Assembly (NCBI RefSeq): GCF_018350175.1 | Contig: NC_058383.1 | Span: 13,022,001-13,086,000 of the forward strand | Source: Felis catus | Lineage: Eukaryota | Direction: 5' to 3' | DNA: 64,000 nt | Shown: positions 1 through 12,560 of the stretch, piece by piece | Layout of the letters: every line of letters begins with the position of its first letter | Position numbering within the stretch: the stretch's first letter is position 1 | Position numbers and translations under genes: made by a program | Notes under the pieces: model-generated | The model's database searches: none | What the model saw: only the letters and a program-made list of their open reading frames with translations | What the model was told of the DNA's origin: nothing

Positions 1-1336
1 GTTTTAAAGTGAGGTTGAATTACCTTTCTATACCCCAGTTTGCGCTTCTGTTTTAGGCGGGGCTCCCTAGTTATCCTTCATTACCTGAATAAAAGAATAG
101 TCAGGGATGTTTCCAAGGCTTTTTGAGCCAACCCTTCATGCTGGAGGGAGGTTTAGGAAAGACCCAGTCTCCCTCCCTCATTTCCAACAGAATGAGTATT
201 GTTGAATCGCTTGATCCTGGCTCTGTGAAATAATACACAAGAGGAATTTCTGCTTTATGACTTTAATCTGATAAACTCTACTTGCTGTGGCGTGTTAGAT
301 TCTCTGTGTGTTCCTCTGTTCCCGCCAGCATAATCCCAGCCTTATGTGTAGCAGCTAGCATGCAAGGCCCGAAACTCAAACCCAGCCTTGATGCAGACTT
401 CAAACAAGAACTACTTTACACAAAGCTCTGTGATAAGACGAGGCACTTAACATTACCGCTGCCGGGCTCCCAAAAGGAGCAGAAGGAAGTGGCAGATCCA
501 GAGAATCCCATGAAATTTCCTTCTGAGCTTGGGCTCGAAGCAGCCAACCACCGTAACCAAATAAAGCAAGACCAATTTAATAACTCTTGTGTTTCTTGTA
601 TCTTTTTTCCTGTTCTCATCTTTTATATTATATTCCTACATTTTCTTTTCTCTCCCTTACTTACTTTTTCCATTCATATCTTTCCTGTGTTTTCTTCTCT
701 ACTCCATGCATGTCTCTCCTGCCTCTTCGTTTTTCTTCTCATCTGTGTTTTTGCATTTCTCACTGTTGGAGAGCCAGGAATCTTGTATAATTTGGGAATT
801 AACCAAACATTGGGGTGTTTATCCAAAGTGAACTTTGGATCCTCGGATGGTTTCTTTTATGCTCATTTTCAGTCTCACTAATTTCTAGAACCAGTTGGCT
901 GGAGAGTAAGCCACAGAGTGCACCTGTGGCGTAGAACTCATCCAGAGTGGTCAGAAACAAGGAAAAGAGAATGAAAATAAATCCTTTCTAAAAGAGATTT
1001 ACAATACTGGTTTTATTTGTTTTTAAGAGACATGACCTTGTCAGTCTAGTACCTTTACTTGTGCAAGTGTAGTTTTTCATGGAAACAAAGCAAATAATAT
1101 AGATTGGTATATACCAGGAAAAATTTGGTTTAAAGACACAGTGTGAACTTCAGTAGAAAGATTCTTTAAATTCTAAACAGAGAAATGGGAACAAAGTTAT
1201 ATTCATATGTGTGTGTGGGGACAAGCTTATCCATACACATATTTATTTCTGCATGTACACATAGAATAATGTTAAAGCATTGTTAAGTATCTATCTATGG
1301 AGGTAATTTGTTGATACAGACAAGCAATGTGGTGAT

Positions 1337-1445
1337 CTTTTTATTGAGAAATAATTGACTTACCCCCACTGTAGGAGTTTAAGGGTTAATGGTGTTTGAT
1401 TTACATTTATTATAAAATGATTTCCATGGTAGGTTAACCCATCTA
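1337..1445 (-). mobile_element. Short L1 3'-end fragment (L1_Carn/L1MA-like)
   Basis: ttttttattgagaaataattgac...gatttacatttattataaaatgattt...ggttaacccatct resembles an antisense L1 3' UTR. Confidence 0.55.
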
Positions 1446-3293
1446 AAGCCCAGGATGTAGGAGATGCTGATATGAAGATGACAAAATCCATGGCATGTCT
1501 GTGACAATTTTCCTTTTCTATATTCCTAGCAAATACCATAAATGGATCTCAGAACTCTGATCTGATTTTTCTGAACCCACTACTCTAGAGTGTATTGGCT
1601 ATGAGGCAAAGATGAATCCCCATCCCTGTTAGTGGAAGCTTAGAGGGATTTTTGGTGAGGAGAAAACGTTACAGAACTAAATCCTGTCTTTTGAGATAGC
1701 TCTTTTGATTCAGGGTTGAAGATTTGTGCCCAGAGGATCCCCCCCACCGCTGCAAAACCATCATCGCTATTGCAGCCTTTCCCTTTATTGCCTGTTAACC
1801 CAGGCATGTGACAAGGGTAAGATTTCTAGAGATTGCTGTGGAGGAAGAAAGATTTTGGTGAGTTTGAGAAAGTCTCGAGACTGATTCGGGGTGAATAGCA
1901 CTTGTCATTCAATAGTGTCAGTGCGGGTTACTGGTGTTTGGGGGAAGTTATTGGTTGGACAAAGACGTTTCCTAGAATCATGTAGGGGACTTAAAGTGTT
2001 AAATGCTGTATATAACACTCCAGAGGTGAAGGTGCTCATCAGCTCAGGTGTGCAGGTGCCAGTCTGATTGTTGGGAAGAAGGTGAAGAGATCCGGCAGCA
2101 TCAGAGTGGGAGCGATTTGAGCAGCAGCCGCTTCGTCCTAGAACGAATTACCTCTTGGCCAAGATTTATTGACCTGCCTGATGGAAGGACTCAGCATAAG
2201 CCACCATTTGTCTGTTTCTTCAGTTGACCATCAGAAAGCCTTAAATAATTGTGTCGGTAAGAAATGTCAAAGGGATGACCTGGGTTCAAAGGACGTACAT
2301 TTTTATACGTCTGTCCCTTACTCTTCTTTGACTTGCACATTTCAGACAAAACTATCATTTTCTTGTATGTAATATAAACAGATTCCTAGCCAGGTGGGCT
2401 GAGAAGGCATGCACCAAGTTACTGTTCTATGGTGGGTGCCAGTGTGACATCTCTATTGAATAGGAATCACCCTCTACCTGTGTGTTTCGGGAGACGACTG
2501 TCCACATCTCTGAAACAATCAGGTGTGGCTAAATTTATAGAAAATAGTACCGGGACATGAACAAAATATAGAATAGTTTTATATTTATGTAGTAAAGTTA
2601 CTGCATTCTAAACAACTTATGTAAATTGAATTATTTAAATTGGATTTAGGGACATTCATTGTAAAGGTAATCTGTGGTAAATCCTTTTGTGATTTTTACC
2701 CCTCTGTTTTGCATCCCCATTTGAAAGCCCACAATTTAATCTGTTTGGATAAAATGGATTCTTGTGTGGTTAAATCACTCTAGTTTATACCTACTGAGGA
2801 GTAAATTACCAGACTAAGCTCCTTAGGGGCTGTGCATGACAAAGAGCCTTGCCATAGGTACTCAGGAAACCTGCATTCACTTTTTGCACAAATGAACTCT
2901 GTTTTAATCAGTCCAAATACTTGGAGTCATAGAAAAAAAATTGAAAATTTCAACAGTAACTATTGTGGCATTCACTTCATTGCTCAAAAGAAGTATTGAA
3001 CATGTTGGTGTGCCTGGCATGAAGAGGGGGAACAATTTTAGTATGATACCCACACTCTCTGCTTTGAGCTCACTGGAGTGGGGAAAATAGGTGAGAAAAA
3101 CCGATGACTGGTATAGAGAAAATGTTAGGTGTCACTGCTCTTGTGAGTGTGGTAACTGCTCTAATAGGGGACCCTGTGAGATGTACCTGTAAGAGACTCT
3201 GACTGTGCTTGGGATTGTTAAGAAAGGCTCGGTGAAGTAGAGACCATGCAGGGTCAGCATCTGGCCTGGGTTGATGGCTAAGAGGACTAGAGA

Positions 3294-3580
3294 GCTCAGT
3301 TTCTCCATCTGAAAATGGGGATATTAATGATCCAGGTCCACAGAGTTGTTATGAGGATTCCATGAGACTGATGCACATAGTGTGGTGGTTCTGGTAATGG
3401 AGAAGCTGTCAGTAATGATAGCTGTCCATGTCACTGGTCGTTTGTTCCTTACAACAACCCTTGGAAGAGAATAATGCTTTCCTGTATTTTGCAGATGTTC
3501 AGAGAGGTTAATTTGCCCAAGGTTATCCCCCTAAAACTTGGTAGGGCCAGCCTTTGAATCTAGATGTCTCTCTCCTGGTT
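3294..3580. mobile_element. Two MIR fragments in opposite orientation (approx. 3294-3420 + and 3440-3580 -)
   Basis: ctcagtttctccatctgaaaatgggga...gttgttatgaggatt, then cttacaacaaccc...ttttgcagatg...aatttgcccaaggtt; MIR core motifs. Confidence 0.65.
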
Positions 3581-4419
3581 ACCTTTTGTTCTCTTTATGC
3601 TGCTCTGGAGGCCCAAGATGATTCCAGCTGCTTCCTGCTCCATTATCCCCCTAAGTGCCCCACTGAGAGGACTCTGCAATTGCCTGCCCCTCCTCTCCCT
3701 GCCTCCTGGTCGTGCCATGAGTCACTGCTGAGCCATTTGTGTCAGAGAGGGAAATGGGGGCTTGCTGTCGCATGTAGCAATTTGCTGTGTGTTCTTGCTT
3801 ATTTGCCGGGGACACCAGCAGAGAAGTGTTCATCAAGAGGCATCATGTTTGTTAAGGGACCACATGGTGTATTTTAAAAGCTCTTAGCTCTCTCTGGCAT
3901 CATCGATTGTGCTTTAACATAAGAAATAAAGTGACACTGAGCCTTTTATTAATACTACACATGTTTTCCATTTAACTTTGACTGGTTAAATCTGGCATAA
4001 AATGGAAACTTGCAAACCAGCCTCCCTGGGATGTAGCTTCTCTTATGCTATTTATGCTGAGAATCTTTATTGAGCAGGGGACTCAGATGGTCTCTGCCTA
4101 CAGCCAGGGCCCTGGAATAGATTTTCTGTTTTCCTCTACTCTCTTGGTGGCATGGGTTGCCTTGTTTGATGAATCTTGTGGACATGGGAAAATATTGGGA
4201 GCTGGTATTTGACAACTGGAGAGGATATATATATGCTCCTATATTCTGATTCAAGCTTTTGTATTTTGTATGTTTTACAAAACTGGGTGGCCAGTATTTG
4301 GTGTTTACCTGAAGTTTAGGAACTTGGAGTTCTGAATTTGGAATGATTCTTAGAGATCATATATTTATTTTACAGATAAAAAAAAGTCTAAAAGGGTGAT
4401 GGTGATAGCAGCAGCCATA

Positions 4420-4612
4420 ACACTAATAGTTTTGAAGCCAGTCACTTTCCAAGATGCTTTGTGTGTACTTTATTTGATCCTTACAGTGACTTTATGAGAT
4501 AAGCAATATTATCATCTCCATCTTATGGATGAGGAAACTGAGGCATAGAGAAGGTCAGTCATTTGCCCAAGTCACATGGCTGGCAGGTGATGGAACTGGA
4601 ATTTGCACCCAA
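4420..4612 (-). mobile_element. MIR
   Basis: attatcatctccatcttatggatgaggaaactgaggcatagagaagg...atttgcccaagtcaca MIR core. Confidence 0.8.
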
Positions 4613-4699
4613 GCTAGGAGGAGGGGTAGCCTTTTATTCAGCCCTTCCTGTGGCTTCAGAGAAAACCACAAGGGGCATAAGTTTCAAACTCTGGCTTTA

Positions 4700-4934
4700 G
4701 GAGTGACTAGGTGGCTCAGTCGGTCAAGTGACTCTTTGATTTTGACTCAGGTCATGGTCTTGCAGTCCTGGGATCAAGTTCTGCATTGGGCTCCACGCTG
4801 AGCCTGGAGTCTGCTTGGGATTCTGTCTCTCCCTCTCTGTCCCTCCCCTGCTTGTATGTGGTCTCTCTCAAAAAACCAACCAACCAACCAACCAACCAAC
4901 CAACCAACCAACCAACCAAACAAGCAAACCCCAG
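4700..4934 (+). mobile_element. CanSINE (older) with (CCAA)11 tail
   Basis: tRNA-derived head gtggctcagtcggtcaag, CT-rich segment and tail; degenerate TSD aaactctggctttag / aaacctctggttttag. Confidence 0.9.
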
Positions 4935-5879
4935 AAACCTCTGGTTTTAGTTAGGGTCATGAGCTTCATATGGGCCACAATTAAAATCCTAGCATGGAAC
5001 AGATATCTCTGGTCAGGTCTGTCCCATTCTCTCTGCTTCTGTACCCACTTGGAGCAAACCCCGAAGCTTTTGTAGCTGTTAGAGTAAGTTTTCAGGGTTG
5101 TTGGGGGGGGGGGCGGTGATCAGAATCGGGTGTGTACTGGAAAAGAGCCTTCCTGAGAATCTAAAGGAGGCATCAACACCCTTGCCTGCTGAAAATCTGC
5201 TCCATTGCTGACTTTCACTGCCTGTCTCTTTGCTTGGACATTGTATGGTGCCCCAGGGTCATCATTCTGCACATTACTTTTGTTGTAATTACCTGATTTG
5301 GCTCTGTTTCACTCACTAGACTGTGACCCACTCTTATCTCTGTGTCTGCAATGTGGAACACTGTTTAACAGCAGCTCAGTAAAGGTTGAATTTTTTTGAA
5401 TCGCTCTTTAGGCTTCCAGACTGTAGATGTAGATTAGAGGTCAAAAAGGTTGATTATGACTTGATCCCTGAACATCTTCTGTACCAGGGCCTTAGTTTTG
5501 TCTATCTCTAAGAAATGGAATAAAGCTGACTTAGTTGGGATTCTAGTTTGGCCAAACAAAACAAAGCAAAACAAAATCAGTCTGAAGCTCATATCCCTTT
5601 TGACAGTTATGAAAAAAACTAAAGATTTGATTTTTAGACCTTTCCTTCCCCAGATTAAACATTTTCTTCCATTGTAAAGATAGTTGGGAGAGAAATGAAG
5701 TATGGGCGTATTCAGGAACAGTGGGCCCCAAGCCAGAAGAGTCACTTCAGGGTCTTTGAGGTCTATTCCTTATTGGCCCGCTAGTGGTCTTGTTTTGGAG
5801 GTGGAGGAAATGTAGCAGGAGAGTGAAGTATACAAGGCCCAGGAGCGTGGATAAAGCGGGGATAACAGTAGGAATCTAG

Positions 5880-6015
5880 GCCCGTGGTCCTGAGTGTGAT
5901 CCCAGAGTGCACCAGCGGCTGCAGCACCATTTAGGAATTTGTTGGAAGTGCACATTCTCTGCTGAACCAGAAACTCTGTGGGTGGGGCCCAGTAGTATGT
6001 GTTTTTGAAAACCTC
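5880..6015. mobile_element. MER5-like hAT-Charlie MITE
   Basis: gtggtcctgagtgtgatcc...gaatttgttggaagtgcacattctc...agaaactctgtgggtggggcccag resembles MER5A. Confidence 0.65.
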
Positions 6016-6339
6016 TACTCTCCTAACTCTTTTCTTCTGCCAACTCAAACATTCCTGATTGTTGCTAGGTTTTACTTGATCCCTATAATATCATTGATTA
6101 TGTGCCCATTTTAAAGGAGGATTGTTGAGGAAACATAAAGGAATCTCCTTAAATTCCAAAGGCATTTCCCAGAGTTAAATGGCCTGTGTCATTAGTGTCT
6201 ATTGCTTTTGTTCAGATTAAGCTCTGAAACAAAATTAAGATTCTCATCAAGTGTCGAGTTTATTAAAAGCTGTTTCGTTTGTTCAATGCTAATGTAAAAT
6301 GTCTGATACCTGTAGAGGAAGTGCTTCATAAAAACATAC

Positions 6340-7920
6340 ACTTCTTAAGTGTTCCACTAGGAGAAGCATTGTGAAGCCCACGGGACGATAAGATTAAGCA
6401 AATAAGAATAGTTTTGTGAGTTCTTCTCAGTGTAAATGAGTGTGGTGGTGAAGAACACAGCTTGAAGGGGCTTCCATTGGCCAGAGTTCAGACAATTTGG
6501 GCATTAAGAAGAATGTTTGCATTTGGATGTAAAACACTGAATGTAAAAAACATTGAATGTAAAACTCATGAGTCCAGGGATGAGGGACAGAAAAGGGGAA
6601 GGGCAGGGGAGGGAGAGAGGGAGAGAAACTCTTTCCACCGTTGAAAATGACATTTATGCCAACTCCTTATTCTAAAAATTGTAAATTAAGGGAAAAGAGT
6701 GAAATATTTACCCTCCCCTTTCATGAGAAACTGTAGTTCTTCTATGGTTGATAAGGGAAAGCACTGGTTTACAAAATGATACTAGCAAATAAAATACAGA
6801 AGGAAACATAGAATATCAGAATTTGCACCCTGTAGCGAAATGATTCAGGCAAGGGTGGTCAGTGGAAGGCAAAACCATGAGCTAAAGGGGTGTGAGGAAC
6901 ACAGTGATCTTGCAGTGTTGATGAATACTCCACACATCACACTTGCAAAGGGAAAGTGTGTCTTTACAGCAGTGGTCACCACCTTAACTAAGTTGTCAAA
7001 CTCAGCACCATGAGTGGTAGGATGGCCTGGTCAGCACACACCTAATCTTGATGTCGTGTAACATGGAGACACGGCATCCCCAAGGAGTAGTTTTGCCAAA
7101 AATGTTTAACCTGATTCTAATCAGGTTTACCGAAAGTACAAGGGATAGAGAGATAAATTAATGTACACTAGGGGGAAATAATTAGATAAATCCAAAATGT
7201 GGGACATTCTCAAGATAATTGGTCTGTCTGATCTCTTCAGAAAATCATTGTCATGAAAAACAAAATTGCCGGTGGGCTGTATAAGACACTGATGAAGCAG
7301 CCACATGCAGGGCATAAATCCTGATTGGATTTGGATTGAAAGTTGTAACTTCTATGAAAGAGAGTTGGGGTCAGTTGTGAAGATCTGAATTATGGCCTGA
7401 GTATCAGATTACGTTAGGAACTTCTTATTAATGTCTTAGGTGTGGAAATGGTATTTGGGTTGTGTTACTCGAATGCCTTTATTCTTAGGAGATGCTTACT
7501 AAATTTTCAGCATGAAATTGTCAAGATATCTGCAAATCACTTCCACATAGTTTCATAAGAAATAAAAGTTGAGTGGGGCGCCTGGGTGGCTCAGTCGGTT
7601 AAGCGTCCGACTTCAGCTCAGGTCACCATCTCGTGGTCCGTGAGTTTGAGCCCCGTGTTGGGCTCTGGGCTGATGACTCAGACCCTGGAGCCTGCTTCCG
7701 ATTCTGTGTCTCCCTCTCTCTCTGCCCCTCTCCCGTTCATGCTCTGTCTCTCTCTGTCTCAAAAATAAATAAAACGTTAAAAAAAATAAAAAAAAAAAAA
7801 GAAATAAAAATTGAGTATACAGTGTAAGCAAATTTGGCAAAATGTTAACAAGTAGAAACTAAATAGTAGTCATATGAGTTTTCAGTTCATATTTGAAATA
7901 TCTTTGAAAATTTTTTCAAG
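6340..7920 (+). mobile_element. Ancient L1 3' region (L1MC4-like), interrupted by a CanSINE
   Basis: ggggcttccattggccag, atccaaaatgtgggacattct and aagcaaatttggcaaaatgttaaca are typical of L1MC-type 3' UTRs. Confidence 0.65.
7575..7799 (+). mobile_element. Feliform CanSINE (SINEC_Fc-type)
   Basis: ggggcgcctgggtggctcagtcggttaagcgtccgact head, (CT) segment, A tail; 17-bp TSD with one mismatch (7558-7574 / 7800-7816). Confidence 0.96.
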
Positions 7921-10824
7921 CAACAAAAAAGGGCAGCTTGGATTCAGATATTGAATGTGTCAAGGCATAGCCTTGGGTTAAGTCTCTTATCTAATGTTTC
8001 TCAGGGTCCATGTCTATAAGTTGGATGTAATAATACCACAAAGTGTTGTTGAGGTTACTAAGTGACAAAATTAAGCATATGAAACGTGTCGCTGTAGTAC
8101 ACAGCATATAAGTGCCTTATACCAACTAAATGCTGAATAAATGTTAGTATTTGTGATGATGGTGGTGACTCTAAGAATGACTATCTCAGTTCCTGATTCA
8201 GCAGAAAGAACGGTGGTTCATGTTTGAGGATAACTTGACTCAGGAAAGGGGCGGATTCCCAGAAAATTTTGCATGCAGTTCCTGAGATTTCTAGCTCATC
8301 TCTGCATTCCTGTTTGAGAATGCCTTATGTAAAATTTCTTATCTAGAAACCTAGGTGGGATTTAAGAATACCTTATCCAGAAATCTGTTGATATCTCAGT
8401 ATTGTGCTCTGATCTGGAGAAAAATTCAGTGGATTTAAAAGAAAGACTTACAAAGAAGTGAATGAAATGCTGGCCTGAGAGAGTTCGCTTTTGTAACCAA
8501 CGTGTAGCCAGATGAACATGTCTCAGTTAATTTAGTTGTCTTCAGAAAAGACATCTTAGAACACTATGCATGTACTGAACCTATTGTTTAAAAGATCCTC
8601 CTTAAGAATTTGCTTCAGAGTCTTAAAATGAGTTCATTTTTAGAAACATCCAACGTTTTCTATAGCTTATACTGATATTATGAAGTGGGTGATTAAAATG
8701 GATTATTCATTTTTGATCACAGAGGTGTATGACAAGAAAGTGGTGGGATGTTTTTTTGCCCCTCTTTGTGGCCCACGATGCTGTTGGAAATTTCAAAGGA
8801 AGAGTTTCAAAAGTAGTTCAGTTTGTTCAAACTTTCCAACTCCTAAACCATTGTCAGCACGAGTGACTATCCCTTATTTTACCTGCTTGGGTGTGTTGGA
8901 TGTATTTTAACTGGGACTGTACCTATAGTCAGTGTCCCAAAGGTTAAATGTTTGAGCTTACACAACTGTGGACTTGTTTCAGATGTTTTGTGTTAAAAGT
9001 GCAGTGGTAGCATTGCCAAAAATTGATAAATGGCAGTAAATCCCTAATAGTTAATAGTAAATCCCTAATAGGATCAATGAATGAAGGAGTGTTAGATGAA
9101 AATATTAAAGAGTGAACCACATAAATTAGATTTCTTCAGTCATACATAAGTCAAATGGAGGGACATCCTTCAGTAATGGTGAGTAGTGAGAATTTGGGGA
9201 GGGCTTTTTGCATAGGGAATTTGCATAGGGGCTTGTTCCTAGAGCAGAGTTCTTAAGAACAACTGTATACAAGAGGTCAAAGTTGGGGAAGATCAAAAAT
9301 CCCACGAGGGCAGGAAACGTGTGTGTCATTCAACAGTAATTACTGGATGTGCTGCCTCATGGGTGTGCAGTAAATATTTATTAAATGAGTGAAAATGTTG
9401 AGTAGGTGAATCAAAGAATGAGTGGGGATGATGATACCCAGGGCAAAGCAGCCTGGAGTGTTTGCCAGCTGACCTAGTTGCAGAGTAACAGGTGGAAGTT
9501 AATATTTTAGATTCCCTTAGAGGCCAGTTTCCAAGATGTTTCATTTCTCAGTGAAGGAACCTTGTGAGGGGTTATTAGTTCAAATGATGGTCAGTTTGTG
9601 CAGCGGAACTGCAAAGTAAGTATGTGTGTGTGTCCATTTTTGAGGTGAGGAAACTGAGATTCAGAGATTTCAAGTAATTTACATATAATTTTCACAACCA
9701 AGAAGATCATAAGATCTCAATCTGGGTCTTTCAACTCTTGAATACAATTTTCTTTTTTATGTCATCAATCAGTGCTGGAAACAGTTTAGCTTTGGAAGTG
9801 TTTTATTAAATTGTGTCTTTGTTTCATTTTAGAGTGATTAGTTATTGAACACAAAGAGATAAATAAATCAGGAAAAATTCACATATCGGCCAATCCCTTT
9901 TGCTATACTTGTTCTGCTGGTCATCATTTGGTTGATTGAATAATGAAAAGGATAAAGCTAACTGAGTAGAATAACTTGTGATTCTGCACCCTGCCCCCCA
10001 AAAACCTCCATTCTACTTAATGGGCTGCAGTTATTGGAAAGAACTAGAAATCCCAGTTAATCTTAATGTTTGTTATTTAAGAGAGGAGATATTTCAGATT
10101 AAATTAGCCCTTCCTTTGCATTGTATTGCTGGAGACAGTTTTCATTTTGCCCACCCAGCCCTTATGTGACTATTGCTATAAAGGAAACCAATCTTATTAC
10201 TGAAAAGTGAATGAAAGAAATTAGACAGACACACACAAACAAACCCAAAATGTGTCTAAGGAGGATGTGGTCTTACAGCTTTCAGTCATTCAGGGAAGCA
10301 TGTGGCAGAGATGGGTTATGCAGATAAAACTGTCATGGTTTTCAGAAGTCAAGACAGCAGAGAGGAAACATGACAGACACTGGAAAGAGACCCTCTCTCA
10401 GATGATGAGTAATATATATTTTATACTCCTATTAATATTTCATTGGAGAGAAGGTCAAAATCTACATTTAAATGGAAATATTTAAAAAGCAGAAGCATAA
10501 TATTTGACTAAGTGAAACACTCAGGGTTTCTCAAGAACACAAGCTGTACCCCTGGGACTTCAGCCCTCCAGATCTGTTGTTTGTTAGAGCATGCTGGAAT
10601 GTTTGAATCGCTTTAGTCTTGCGGGTAGATCTTAACCCTGGAATTTGGGAATCTTACTTCCCCCACTCCTCTCCCATTTGACCCAGAATTGTGTTACATA
10701 TTATATAACATCATGACCTGTGTGCATGGCCTCACTCAGTCCTATAAAATTACCTAAGTCTCTAGAAACTCATTTTGCCCATCCTGTGAAACAGATATAA
10801 TAGGCCTGTGGAAATGGGCACAAA

Positions 10825-11336
10825 CAGTATGCTTTCAGTTATAAGTAATGGAAATCCTAACTAACAAAGAGTCAGGAACAGGAGGCCCCAGGATTGATTC
10901 AGAGACTCAAAAATGCAAGCTGTGTTCATCTTTTCATTTCCCTTTGCCATTAATGGTAGGTTAGATTTCACCTTTAGGCCTGTGACCTCATGGTTATAGG
11001 ACGACTGCCATAATTCCAAGATTAATGCCTTTACAGCATTCGAAACAAGCAGGAAGGACGCAGTAGCAAAAGAATCTTCTTGGTACATGTTCCTCTGTTA
11101 TCAGGGAGGAAGAGTTCCCCAAAAGGATTTGTCCTTACATCTCACTGACCAGACTTGGGTCCCATTACTAGCAAATCCTCCCCATCTCCAGTTACTGGTA
11201 AAGAGAACATCAACATGACTGTGATTTGCTTAGAGCACTCATGTTTGACATCTTAAGGCTGGGCACATTGCTTCCTTCTCAAGCTCAGGGCTCTCTCATT
11301 AGCAAAGAAGAGGGGGAATGGGTGTTGTCTGCCACA
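10825..11336 (-). mobile_element. MLT1 (MaLR) solo LTR, MLT1J/K-like
   Basis: tgctttcagttataagtaatggaaa...cttacatctcactgaccagacttgggtc...tctgccaca terminus. Confidence 0.65.
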
Positions 11337-12319
11337 CTGATACTCTTGTGTGAGCTTTTGAGTGTGAAATGAAAGTGCACACAAGCCTGATTTCCCTGGG
11401 TGTTGAGTGCATTCTTAGTTTGTAAGTGACCACGATGGCATGAATCAGAAGCCATCTGGAAAAGGAAAATTGATCATTTTGGCTTATTCCTAGAGAAGTG
11501 ACAGCAGGGAGGAGTGTCTGCAAAAGAACGGAGGGTCCAGTTCTCTAAAGTTGTGCTGGTGAACTAGCACCACAATGGGAGGACCAGTGCCAATCCTGGA
11601 TGGAACTGGAAGTGAGCTGAGGTCGTCCAGTGCTCCCAGATTCCTCTTCTGTAGCTCTTCTTCTCCATTTTCCACCAATCCCATCAGAGGCAGCTGGTGA
11701 TGTAGTTGCTACACCTGTTGGGGTTCATGAAGCCTGGTGTGGTTCTATTCTGACACTGTGGACAGTTTGGTTCTCGGCAGGCACTTGAGGAAAAAAATAA
11801 ATGGCATACAATTCCTGTTTGTAAGAGTACCGTGACGAGGACCCTCACTCGTCTGGGTCCTTCTTGCCTCTTGACAGACCGAGGGTTTCGACCAAACGAT
11901 CACTTCTACCCCTTCTCACTCTTGTTTTGTCATCTCTTTCAAGGTTGTTGGGGGTTATTTTTTTTGTCAGTGGCTTTTGCCAAAAATGTGCGCATGTTCT
12001 GTTTCTAGGCATACAGTTACTCACAAAGCTTGCCACTGTCAGTCAGGTGAGGTCTGAGAGTGCAGAGAAAAGAGATGGTTGATCACTCCATGATTATTCT
12101 GGACCGCGCAACTCTCTTCATGCAAGCCAAGATCTCATTAGCCTTTTTGGCAATCTCATTACTCTGCGGCTTTTATTGGGTTTACAGTCAGCTGAAATTT
12201 CTAAGAACAGTATTTGGAAGGTGACTTTGCAGAGGCTGGGGTGCTGGACTTCTCTTGTTATTTTTTTCCTTGATTTTGTACCTGGCAGTGGGCCCAGAAT
12301 CCGTGATATTGATAATAAA

Positions 12320-12560
12320 TATTAACATCTTTTGAGCTCTCAGTGTATGCCAGGTACTATGGTAAGCACTTTGTAGGCATTATTTCATTTGATCTCCATA
12401 GCGGCTTCTGATCTAGGCTTTATTAATTCCCATTTTACAGGTGAGGAAACAATATTGGGGCTAAGTAATTTGTGCAACATGGTATGCTTAGAGAGTGGTT
12501 GAGGCAAGACTAAAATCTAGGCAGTTGGGCTGCAGAACTTACGTTCTTAATCTTGCAGTG
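12320..12560 (-). mobile_element. MIR
   Basis: tatgccaggtactatggtaagcacttt...cccattttacaggtgaggaaac...aagtaatttgtgcaa. Confidence 0.8.

Noticed and set aside
282..881. Longest ORF in the track (199 aa)
   Set aside because: Starts at TTG, the hydrophobic half comes from a low-complexity pyrimidine-rich tract, there is no recognisable domain, and it is intronic.
7586..7840. Recurring similar peptides (MAQSVK..., ERERER...) suggesting a gene family
   Set aside because: They are translations of CanSINE copies and microsatellites.
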